This document shows, piece after piece, positions 16,699 to 24,263 of a stretch of DNA of 25,036 nucleotides (position 1 is its first letter; the number at the start of each line of letters is the position of its first letter). The stretch spans positions 1-25,036 of IMG/VR virus record IMGVR_UViG_3300009095_000066, one strand, 5' to 3'. The DNA is from a virus. Taxonomy: Duplodnaviria; Caudoviricetes. The notes beneath the pieces are model-generated. The model worked only from the letters and a program-made list of their open reading frames with translations. It was not told the origin of the DNA and ran no database searches. The translations under genes were made by a program, and so were the position numbers.

Positions 16699-17417
16699 TA
16701 TGGGCTAATCTCCAAGAGATAAGTTGCTGATGTCGTAAAACCAGAAACTGGAAAAGTTGTAGTTGTGGGTTTAAAAACCACAGCACCATTCTCAAATGTT
16801 TCTGCTGTAAGAGTGGCAACTCGAGTGCTGGAATTATAGTTAACACTAAGAGGCCACCGTTGCTCACCCATAAAAAGGTAACCAGAAACCTTAAGAAAGG
16901 GGCCAATACCTGATGGATTAGGGAGCTGAAAAGTGATAGGGCCAGTAATAACTGTTGTGGTAAACACATTAAGCCGAAAACTATAAACAGGTTGTGATAA
17001 GAATGCTTTCTTAGATAGCTGGGAGCTATAAGGACCACTAACCCCAGTAATTGTCGTAGAAATTGTTGCTCCACTAGCAGACTGAATCAGGGTCCAAGCA
17101 TTATAGACCCCCGTAGTCGGATTCTTACTACGAGCTGCAATGGTAAAATCTAGACCCTGATACATTTGCGTCGGTACAGACTGAGTATACACATCGGTAG
17201 CCTCAGGATTACCACGAACAATAATATACCCAACAGGAAGCTGTACTACAGGAATAAGATTTGTAGGTGTGCCAGCGTAAAAATATGTACCATTCGGTAG
17301 ATCATCAAGAGTTGAAAGACCGGTGGCGACAGGAACGCCGGTGTCTAAATCATAAATGTTTTTTAGAGCTTCACCCGAACGTTCCGCAAAATCAAAGAGA
17401 CGTTCGTCTAGACTCAT
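16698..17417 (-). CDS. Putative virion fibre/minor structural protein
   Basis: 239 aa, Thr/Ser/aromatic beta-rich. LDDLPNGTYF resembles fibre modules. Start and stop overlap both neighbours. Confidence 0.5.
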   Translation of the reverse strand: MSLDERLFDFAERSGEALKNIYDLDTGVPVATGLSTLDDLPNGTYFYAGTPTNLIPVVQLPVGYIIVRGNPEATDVYTQSVPTQMYQGLDFTIAARSKNPTTGVYNAWTLIQSASGATISTTITGVSGPYSSQLSKKAFLSQPVYSFRLNVFTTTVITGPITFQLPNPSGIGPFLKVSGYLFMGEQRWPLSVNYNSSTRVATLTAETFENGAVVFKPTTTTFPVSGFTTSATYLLEISP

Positions 17418-17845
17418 GATCCCGCCAGAGCCGTATTAAAAGTCCCAACCAGATCAGGATTCGTGTCGCCAATGTCTGTAGCATCAACCTTCGTATTGAT
17501 AAGGTCGATAATGGTCGCAATCTCACCAGTGTTCTCGGAAAGCGCTACGGCAAGCTTATTCAGCGTATTGAGAGTCTCTGGTGCACCGTCAATGAGTGCG
17601 GCGATTGCGGTTGTGATCTCAGTATCGATCTTGGCCGAAGACCATGTCGTCGAAGTAGAGATCACATCGTCATCGATAGACGATCCGCCACCGCCTGAAG
17701 AGTTCTTAATCTCATTAATGGCAGCAACAAGACTAGTCTTATCAGTAGTGGCCAGCTGAGTAAGATCACCCATAGCGTCACGATCACCACGGATAGTCTC
17801 GCCAATAAGCTGAATAACATCTACAAGATTCTCGGATAGAGGCAT
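17414..17845 (-). CDS. Putative fibre-like structural protein
   Basis: Contains LATTDKTSLVAAINE, TTWSSAKI and IDGAPETLNTLNKLA segments that recur in phage fibre proteins. Confidence 0.6.
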   Translation of the reverse strand: MPLSENLVDVIQLIGETIRGDRDAMGDLTQLATTDKTSLVAAINEIKNSSGGGGSSIDDDVISTSTTWSSAKIDTEITTAIAALIDGAPETLNTLNKLAVALSENTGEIATIIDLINTKVDATDIGDTNPDLVGTFNTALAGS

Positions 17846-17854
17846 GATATATTC

Positions 17855-18487
17855 CTATGTGATCGTTGCTTCAAAAACGTCAGAAAGCGTGGGAACGCTT
17901 AAGATATCGCCCGGAAGCTGTTGGTATGGAAGATGTCCCTCAGAATCTAGTTCGGCAATACCATTTGGCTGCCCGATTCGAAGTTTAGCGATTGCTTCTT
18001 CGATATACTCTCGATCTAAGGAGCTGTAGACAATGATAACTCCAGGCTGGAGATCATCAGGCTCAACAGTCGCTAAATCAACAGTATCATCAACGGGGAC
18101 GTTAAATGTGATGGAAGGAGGCGAATTAACAGCACAACCATCCATCATTTGCAACTTGAAATGCGCATAGAACTGAACAAAATTTGGTTCGGCATCAGGC
18201 TGCGAAGAGGCCTCCATAATAACACCGTGCTCATCGGGGAGATTATCACGAGTAGTTCCAGGAGGATAAAGATGACCATTAAATACCGGACAGATAAGGG
18301 GTCGAAGAACCGTAATAGTAGGCTCATCCTCAAATGTCCATCGAAGAAATCTGTTATTCCGTGGGGCAATTACAATTTCACCCTCAAGAGGTACCTGGAT
18401 GGGAGGAAGCTCAGGATCCTGAGGATTTGTAATAAACGTGGTGACATAAGCCACTACTCGGCCGTATCGGATAGTACCGTTTACCAT
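17855..18487 (-). CDS. Putative minor structural protein
   Basis: 210 aa with a beta-rich N-domain and GQPNGIAELDSEGHLPYQQLP, similar to the NGVAxLDxxGKVPxxQLP fibre motif. Confidence 0.5.
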   Translation of the reverse strand: MVNGTIRYGRVVAYVTTFITNPQDPELPPIQVPLEGEIVIAPRNNRFLRWTFEDEPTITVLRPLICPVFNGHLYPPGTTRDNLPDEHGVIMEASSQPDAEPNFVQFYAHFKLQMMDGCAVNSPPSITFNVPVDDTVDLATVEPDDLQPGVIIVYSSLDREYIEEAIAKLRIGQPNGIAELDSEGHLPYQQLPGDILSVPTLSDVFEATIT

Positions 18488-18505
18488 TATACCTCATTTA
18501 TAGTA

Positions 18506-18922
18506 TTACCAGAGCTGTGTATCTCCAGGACTTCGTTCAATGATAGGTTTTGCTAAGAAAGTATCCGTACCATAATGAATCGCATTATGCGTAGCAAGGG
18601 TGACACTGATAAGATACTCAGGATTCAGGATGTCTTGATTATGAGACTCAATATCATCAATACTCATAGGATTCATATGATGAATGATGATGTTGTCATG
18701 AATCTCATAACCGTCAAGGCCTAAATCGCAACCACGATCTCGTGCAATGACTTCATAGCGAAGCTGCCGCCATTCGGTGGATGTATAGAAACGTTGATTA
18801 AGGTATCTTTCGCCACCAAAGGTTTCGAGACCCACACTACCATTCAACTGCAGGTAGTCATAGCGTTCTTCAAAATTAGCGAGTCTACTCAACTCGGAGT
18901 AGCTTCTTTTAAAAGACCTCAT
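18506..18922 (-). CDS. HNH endonuclease, packaging-associated (HK97 gp74-like)
   Basis: FYTSTEWRQLR..RDRGC..IHHMNP..NPEYLI..THNAIH. Adjacent to putative TerS and the cos site. Likely ATG at 18922. Confidence 0.85.
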   Translation of the reverse strand: MRSFKRSYSELSRLANFEERYDYLQLNGSVGLETFGGERYLNQRFYTSTEWRQLRYEVIARDRGCDLGLDGYEIHDNIIIHHMNPMSIDDIESHNQDILNPEYLISVTLATHNAIHYGTDTFLAKPIIERSPGDTQLW

Positions 18923-19247
18923 CTTCAACCTCTTGACCTGAATAGCGCTTCATAGCGTTCATAGCCTTGGCATACAACTCTTCAGAAGAACGTTGCGACT
19001 CAATCTGATCAACCTGAGCTCGACGAAGTTCGACTTCCATTGCAAGTTTCTTCTGTTCAAGACGCTCCCGCTGCGAACCGGCTCGAAGAAGCTGTGCATG
19101 GACCGTAGCGGGAAGTCTTCCCTCATACATTTGACGTTCAGCAAGGTCATAGGCTGCTGCAACGAGACGTGCTTCGCGATCAGCATCAGTTGTTGCGGGT
19201 GCTCGCCTCGGTCGACGCACTTCAGAATTGTTTGGGTTGTCAACCAA
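18909..19247 (-). CDS. Putative terminase small subunit
   Basis: First gene after putative cos. Small, helical, with a coiled-coil. GGAGGTG lies 6 nt before TTG at 19247 (ORF track start is 19262). Function is inferred from position. Confidence 0.5.
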   Translation of the reverse strand: MVDNPNNSEVRRPRRAPATTDADREARLVAAAYDLAERQMYEGRLPATVHAQLLRAGSQRERLEQKKLAMEVELRRAQVDQIESQRSSEELYAKAMNAMKRYSGQEVEDEVF

Positions 19248-19316
19248 GGACTTCACCTCCACACAGATATAGATTCACTAGACTTCTAACTTGTTTCGTT
19301 TGAGTTCGAGAGGAGA

Positions 19317-19405
19317 CCATAGGACTTCAACTCTACTTTTAACCAGCAGAGCCTCTTGAAAGGAGTGGGTTGATGACGGACCCGTTTGATTTGGAAGTCC
19401 TATGG
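19317..19405. repeat. 12-bp perfect inverted repeat with 65-nt spacer
   Basis: CCATAGGACTTC at 19317-19328 and GAAGTCCTATGG at 19394-19405. Confidence 0.85.
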
Positions 19406-19459
19406 CCACCACCGGAACTCAAACAACCTCTAAAATATACCCCCGGGGAATTTTTAGAG

Positions 19460-19468
19460 AGGCCGGCG
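19460..19468 (-). other. Putative cos site (CGCCGGCCT 3' overhang) marking joined genome ends
   Basis: Minus strand reads CGCCGGCCT in the intergenic gap upstream of TerS/HNH. It matches the 9-base overhang I recall for Arthrobacter cluster AM/AU phages. Flanked by CCCCGGGG (19441-19448) and an inverted repeat. Confidence 0.7.
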
Positions 19469-19473
19469 ATGCA

Positions 19474-19505
19474 GGAGGGGGGTCATTTTTGCGAGACCCC
19501 CCTCC
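19474..19505. repeat. 11-bp GC-rich inverted repeat next to cos (terminase-binding site or terminator)
   Basis: GGAGGGGGGTC (19474-19484), 10-nt loop, GACCCCCCTCC (19495-19505). Confidence 0.8.
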
Positions 19506-19528
19506 CCTACCCTAGAGTCCCCTACAAT

Positions 19529-19774
19529 TCAATCACTTTTGGTGACAGCTTTGTAGATTCCTAGAGTATTTTCAGAAATAATTTCTGTAATTGCTGTTTC
19601 AATTGCCTCGTCTTGGTCCGTATCACTGAGCTCGTCTGAGGTGATAGTGATCCGGGCGAGGAGGGCGTCTGTAAAGTAGCCCCGGTCATGATCGAATGCT
19701 TCCCACTCATCGTACTGAGTGAAAGGATCGAAAGGGTTGTCCGTAGTCGTAAGCATACGGGGGTGTGTAACCAT
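19529..19774 (-). CDS. Small acidic hypothetical protein
   Basis: 81 aa (LTTTDNPFDPFTQYDEW), AGAAAGGA upstream, directly after the polymerase-like gene. Confidence 0.75.
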   Translation of the reverse strand: MVTHPRMLTTTDNPFDPFTQYDEWEAFDHDRGYFTDALLARITITSDELSDTDQDEAIETAITEIISENTLGIYKAVTKSD

Positions 19775-19798
19775 AACCTATTACCAATCCTTTCTTAC

Positions 19799-22700
19799 TT
19801 AAGCGCCAGTGAGGGCTTCGTTAACAGTAGATGTCGAAACACCCAGGGCATCGGCGATCTCCGATTGTGTATAGCCGGAGGCCAGCATTGCTTTAGCACG
19901 GGCTAGCTTTGCGCCAGACACCAGGGTTGTTGCACGAGGGGTAGCAAGCTCTCGAATGCGGTCCATGTCAGCGTTAGCCATGATCTTCTTGAGCATGTTG
20001 GAACTGACGGCCCCACTTTGGATCGCCTCCCATTCCTTGTCGGTGGGGGTGATCTGACTCTTCTTTGCACCTGTACGAATACGAGCTTCAGTCAGAGCCT
20101 GACCCTTGATCTTTTTGAGATCGGCGGGGTCAATCTGGGGGGTACTTTCTTGCTTGGCCTTCACAATTGCATTCGCGACGATCTGAGCCTGTCGTTCTCG
20201 AGGCTTGTTCTTAAGGGCCTCGTTAAGCTGGGCCTTCAAAGAGTTCACTTCATTCTCATAAGTAGTGCGAGCAGTAGGCTCATACTTCGAGTTAGGTGTG
20301 CTCACGTAAGCCTTGCGAGCTTCATTAGCTAGACCCTTAAGAGAGTTAGCATGAGTGGCATAGATGGATTCCATGACGGTTCCACCATTACCACTCACCA
20401 GATCGAACGCATCATCAGCTTCAGCCATGCGAGTAGACTTAGTCGTCTTAGGTACAACCCTACCATTCTTGTCGGTATAGGTAGCACCAGTGTACTCATA
20501 GACACGCTTGCCAGTCTCAGGATCAATCGGTCCACCCTTAGCAGCGGAACGATCCTTACGATCACCAACACGAACCTCAGACGAAGCCTTAGAGATCAGA
20601 GTGTCAGCACCAGAGTTGGTACCACGCTGATACTTAGACTTCAGACCTGCGATGTCGTTGTCGATAGCCGACTGCTTCCAGTTCAGGTTGTGCTTCTCAG
20701 CATCGATGACAACCATGGAGTGACGAACAGCACGAGCGAGCTCGGCATGTGTAGCACCCTTAATCGTCATGTCAGTAATGAGGTTAGACACATCACCCAT
20801 CTTGAGCTGCTTGGTACGAGCACTCATAGGCTTCATACCCTCATACGCAGGATAGGCGGCCTGAGGATCGAAACCCTTCAGACCCTGAAGAGGAGCCGAA
20901 GACTTAACAGAACCGTTGTTGTTCGGAATGACCAGAACAGTATCACCATCAAAGTCAGCACCCGACAGACGAGAGGCAACCTTAGAATTGATACCAACAG
21001 CATCCTGTGCCTGCTTAAGAATCGAGTTACCTTCCTTGTTACGGTTGTTGACCGTAAGCTCAGGAATCTCAAAGATACCACCGTGTGGGTATCGAATGAG
21101 GGCAACGCGTTCTCCATCACGGAACTGAGGTGCATAGATCTCATTGTCCGAAAGGGTGTTAATAGGCAGGATCACCTGAGTCTTCTGACGAGGAAGCGCA
21201 GCAGCACGCAGGTGTACAGCAGAGGAATCCATGTTATCAGCGAAGTCAGTAAGAAGCTTCTTCTTAACTTCAGGATTCGTGAGACTCATGATCTCTTCGA
21301 ACTCAGCACGCTTGGTTGCGAGTGTGAGATCGAGCTGCTTCTTAGCGAGTGCTTCAGGCTGCTTGCTCAACATCTGAGAAGACAGGTTCTTGGACCACTT
21401 GTTCCATTCACCTTCTTCGTTAACGATGTTCAGCGGACTCAGCTTCTGGTCAGGGCCATAATGCTTCTGAGTGACAACAGCGCCAAAGGGATTATCAGGA
21501 TCATCCTTCAAAGCCTTCATTGCTGCGAGCTTGTCACCTTTATTAGCCTTGTTCGTGTTAAATCGAATGTCAACACCATCAGGAAGGTCGTCTGCGTAAA
21601 CAGCCATGCCCTTCAGATAGTGCGAATCGTCAACAGCGATACGGACCTGAGCATACTTGGCTCCCTGAAGAGAGATGTCCTCAACTCCACGACGAAGCTG
21701 AATGACACCATCCATGTCAGATCCACCTTCATCACCATACCGAACTTCAATACGCTTAGAATCGACACTCACAGGAGGCTCAATACCAAAGAGCGTTTTA
21801 CCACCATCTTCAGAGTAGCCGCTCAAAGTCTTGATCTGAGAAGTATCCTTAACGATGTCGCGATACTCAGTCTCAGGCGGAGCAAGAACACGAATCTTCG
21901 TCTTGTTACCGGTACCAAGCTGATCAACAAGAACGTTGTGCACAGCATAACCCTGTTCCTTGAGCATCTCAACAGCATTCTTCATCTGAAGCTCTGAGAC
22001 ACCACCAAGGATGTGAGTTTCGGTACCGGACCCAATGTCAAGCATACCCTTTTCAGCAACCTGCTTAGCAAGGTATTCCGAAGTAGCGACAAGCTTGTCA
22101 TTCTTGATCTTGGTCGAGGGAGCCAGCAACTGACGAACAGAAGACTCATTCAAGCCCATCTGCTCACCAATAGCGACATTCGACATATTCTTATCCTTCA
22201 GCTTCACAGCATAGGCGATCTGGGCCGCCTTTTCGGCATTCTTCGCAATGGTCTTACGAGCGCGAAGCTGAGCAGTGTTGATACCGAGACCTTCCGCAAC
22301 CTGCTTCTCAGACAAACCCTTGGACTGAAGGTCTGCAACGGTAGCAAGGAAGGATCCGTGGTTCTGATTCGGATTGTCTCCAGAACCCCAAGGATAGCGG
22401 CCTGAGTGACGAGGTGTGCCATAATGCATAATGACAGGAGTGTCAAGTTCGAATTCCTGACGATCTTCACCATTCCACACAGCGATGCGATCAGCAACGA
22501 TGTAATCGGGAATGACAAGCGACATAGGCTTATAGCCTTCAGAAACATAACCCATCGTCATGTGAGGACGATACACAGGGAAGGTTTCAGCGTCATCGAA
22601 GATCTCATAGAGTTCATCAGTAAGTGCAGCCATCAGAATGTTGCGAGCATGAATGACAGACTCAGTAGGGTCAGCGTCCATCGTCAGAACGACAGCGTCA

Positions 22701-22924
22701 CGGGTTTCGCCAAAGAACTCAATGTCCTGAGGATGAAGGTTAATAGGACCAGGTGCTTCGAGAGCGAAGGCGCCTACGATATCAAGAAGGTCCTGATGCG
22801 GACCATCATCCAGTGTCTTATCGCCGAAGTACGCAAGCGTGATGTGTGCGCCACCTTCAACATTAACAGGGATATCAGTTTCCTGCGGAATGAGGACGAC
22901 ACACGCTCCGAAGTCGTCAGTCAT
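19799..22924 (-). CDS. 2H phosphoesterase fused to a putative single-subunit two-barrel RNA polymerase with HTH domains
   Basis: HIT (aa 27) and HMT (aa 121) 2H motifs; HYGTPRHSGRYPWG at aa 167; two HTHs; DG..QVR(426-428)..KG(438); RYP(611); LSGADFDGD (DFDGD aa 657-661, nt 20942-20956); C-terminal HTH GYTQSEIADALGVSTSTV. Confidence 0.8.
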   Translation of the reverse strand: MTDDFGACVVLIPQETDIPVNVEGGAHITLAYFGDKTLDDGPHQDLLDIVGAFALEAPGPINLHPQDIEFFGETRDAVVLTMDADPTESVIHARNILMAALTDELYEIFDDAETFPVYRPHMTMGYVSEGYKPMSLVIPDYIVADRIAVWNGEDRQEFELDTPVIMHYGTPRHSGRYPWGSGDNPNQNHGSFLATVADLQSKGLSEKQVAEGLGINTAQLRARKTIAKNAEKAAQIAYAVKLKDKNMSNVAIGEQMGLNESSVRQLLAPSTKIKNDKLVATSEYLAKQVAEKGMLDIGSGTETHILGGVSELQMKNAVEMLKEQGYAVHNVLVDQLGTGNKTKIRVLAPPETEYRDIVKDTSQIKTLSGYSEDGGKTLFGIEPPVSVDSKRIEVRYGDEGGSDMDGVIQLRRGVEDISLQGAKYAQVRIAVDDSHYLKGMAVYADDLPDGVDIRFNTNKANKGDKLAAMKALKDDPDNPFGAVVTQKHYGPDQKLSPLNIVNEEGEWNKWSKNLSSQMLSKQPEALAKKQLDLTLATKRAEFEEIMSLTNPEVKKKLLTDFADNMDSSAVHLRAAALPRQKTQVILPINTLSDNEIYAPQFRDGERVALIRYPHGGIFEIPELTVNNRNKEGNSILKQAQDAVGINSKVASRLSGADFDGDTVLVIPNNNGSVKSSAPLQGLKGFDPQAAYPAYEGMKPMSARTKQLKMGDVSNLITDMTIKGATHAELARAVRHSMVVIDAEKHNLNWKQSAIDNDIAGLKSKYQRGTNSGADTLISKASSEVRVGDRKDRSAAKGGPIDPETGKRVYEYTGATYTDKNGRVVPKTTKSTRMAEADDAFDLVSGNGGTVMESIYATHANSLKGLANEARKAYVSTPNSKYEPTARTTYENEVNSLKAQLNEALKNKPRERQAQIVANAIVKAKQESTPQIDPADLKKIKGQALTEARIRTGAKKSQITPTDKEWEAIQSGAVSSNMLKKIMANADMDRIRELATPRATTLVSGAKLARAKAMLASGYTQSEIADALGVSTSTVNEALTGA

Positions 22925-23493
22925 TAGTCGTCACCAGCTTTCAGGTTTGAGATGATTTCGTCAGACCACTTAACGTGCTCATAGACGCGAACGATGTCTG
23001 TCACATCAGGGACATAAACTTCCACAGCGTTGTTCTGATAGATTCGAAGTTCAGCATCGATCTCGCTTGGCTTGAATCCGTATTCGTGACAGAAGAACGC
23101 CACATAGATCAGCAACTGCGAGAAGGAGGCCTTAGTGACTCCGGTCTTCAGATCATGAACGCGAAGAAGATAGCGACCCTTCACCTTACGGAAGCTGATC
23201 GCATCTGCAGTACCAAATGCATTGTCGGAATACTTCAGCACCTGTTCAGGCTGCATACGGAATCCGATTGCATCATTGACATACATGTTCAGGGTTTCAC
23301 GAGTCTTCGGAAGCTTGATACCCAAACGGATAGCTTCTGCTGCGAACTCATGAAGTTCAGTCCCGCGCTGCGTTGCACGAGATGTGTAGTACGAGTTGAC
23401 AAGCTTGTCTTCGTCGTAGTTCAGCCATGTGTATTTGCTGGCGCTAAGAAATGCGTGCTTTCCTTCGAGATCGGAATGATCGTTGAAGCGCAT
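22924..23493 (-). CDS. PD-(D/E)XK nuclease (DUF2800/Cas4-like)
   Basis: HAFLSAS, RGTELH, GTADAI, DLKTG and QLLIY motifs. Stop overlaps the next start (TAATG). Confidence 0.85.
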   Translation of the reverse strand: MRFNDHSDLEGKHAFLSASKYTWLNYDEDKLVNSYYTSRATQRGTELHEFAAEAIRLGIKLPKTRETLNMYVNDAIGFRMQPEQVLKYSDNAFGTADAISFRKVKGRYLLRVHDLKTGVTKASFSQLLIYVAFFCHEYGFKPSEIDAELRIYQNNAVEVYVPDVTDIVRVYEHVKWSDEIISNLKAGDD

Positions 23494-23755
23494 GAAGAAC
23501 TTCCTCTTCTGTTTCAGGTGAGATAAATGATGCGAAGCTCATAGCATCCATATTACGCACATACCAATCCTGATTCGGACGGTGTGAGGCGTTGATGCTC
23601 TTTTTCACTTCGAGTGCGGCCCATCGGTCGCCATGGAGAATAATCAAGTCTGGGACGCCTTGACGGTTAGCAGCATCGTTCTTGAGGATGATACATCCGT
23701 CAAACATGTACTCCAGCTTTTTGATTAGCTTAGACTGGAACTGGCTCTCGAGCAT
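23444..23755 (-). CDS. VRR-NUC domain nuclease / Holliday junction resolvase-like
   Basis: ESQFQSKL..GVPDLIIL..LEVK..NQ motifs. AGGAGAGGAG RBS before the ATG at 23755. Confidence 0.85.
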   Translation of the reverse strand: MLESQFQSKLIKKLEYMFDGCIILKNDAANRQGVPDLIILHGDRWAALEVKKSINASHRPNQDWYVRNMDAMSFASFISPETEEEVLHALQRSFRSRRKARIS

Positions 23756-23827
23756 TGATTCTTCTCCTCTCCTGAAAATAAAAGAGAATATGTGTCGTGT
23801 CATCAATCACAATCTACTCCTTCTTCT

Positions 23828-23852
23828 ATTATAGTGCGGGTAGTTCATACGA
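23828..23852 (-). promoter_or_regulatory. Putative promoter for the VRR-NUC/nuclease/polymerase operon
   Basis: Minus strand reads TCGTA-N14-TATAAT. Perfect -10 at 23833-23828, ~70 nt upstream of the VRR-NUC start, but no canonical -35. Confidence 0.45.
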
Positions 23853-23899
23853 ATTTAGTTATAGTTTCCTGAGAGTTTGCTGTGAATTACCTGTGAATG

Positions 23900-24249
23900 A
23901 GATTTAGGCCTAAATCTAGAATTTTTTAAATCCTTGTAAAGAGTTGCTAAAATTATCGTATAGATTGTTATAATTATTTATAACTATCTACTATACTTCC
24001 ACGTAGAGAGTTTAGTATAAAAAATAAAAAAGTGTAGATTTAGGCCTAAATCTAGCCAAAACAAGGCATTTATGCCCGTTTTTACCCTAAATCTATCAAA
24101 AATTTATAACAATGTCTATAACAAACATTTAGGGTCCTCTAGATTTAGGGTCGAGAGTAAAGCGAAAATGTTGAACATTCTCAACTTCATCTCGACCCTA
24201 AATCTAAGAGATTGTTATAAATCTACCCTAAATCTAAGAGATTGTTATA
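23900..24249. repeat. AT-rich array of CCTAAATCTA palindromes and iteron-like repeats (probable replication origin)
   Basis: Palindromes at 23900-23917 (18 bp) and 24035-24054 (20 bp); half-site 24084-24095; 17-bp inverted pair 24140-24156 / 24190-24206; 25-bp direct repeat 24195-24219 / 24225-24249. Confidence 0.85.
24058..24083. terminator. Weak, possibly bidirectional intrinsic terminator
   Basis: AAAACAA-GGCA TTTA TGCC-CGTTTTT: a short stem flanked by A and T runs, downstream of the NUMOD genes. Confidence 0.25.
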
Positions 24250-24263
24250 GGTATTATTACCAC

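Noticed and set aside
19263-19528. tRNA genes in intergenic gaps
   Set aside because: No convincing cloverleaf found by eye here or at 23.8-24.26 kb. tRNAscan-SE or Aragorn would be decisive.
19370-19564. 64-aa plus-strand ORF with an AAGGAG upstream
   Set aside because: It spans the putative cos junction and inverted repeats, has no recognisable features and is on the non-coding strand. It cannot be fully excluded.
20351-21997. 548-aa plus-strand ORF antisense to the polymerase gene
   Set aside because: Same antisense-shadow explanation, with no recognisable domain.
22427-22429. Separate start at M166, which would make the 2H domain and polymerase two genes
   Set aside because: No stop codon upstream in frame and no SD-like sequence before this ATG.
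19799-22924. Reading the DFDGD protein as a true RNA-dependent RNA polymerase or a reverse transcriptase system
   Set aside because: No RT (YxDD) or viral palm motifs are seen. HTH domains and the dsDNA phage context favour a DNA template, although template specificity cannot be settled from sequence.
23900-24249. Repeat array as a mini-CRISPR, given the nearby Cas4-like nuclease
   Set aside because: The repeats are in mixed orientation with irregular spacing, and the direct repeats are only 5 nt apart. The nuclease is a common stand-alone phage PD-(D/E)XK type and there are no cas genes.
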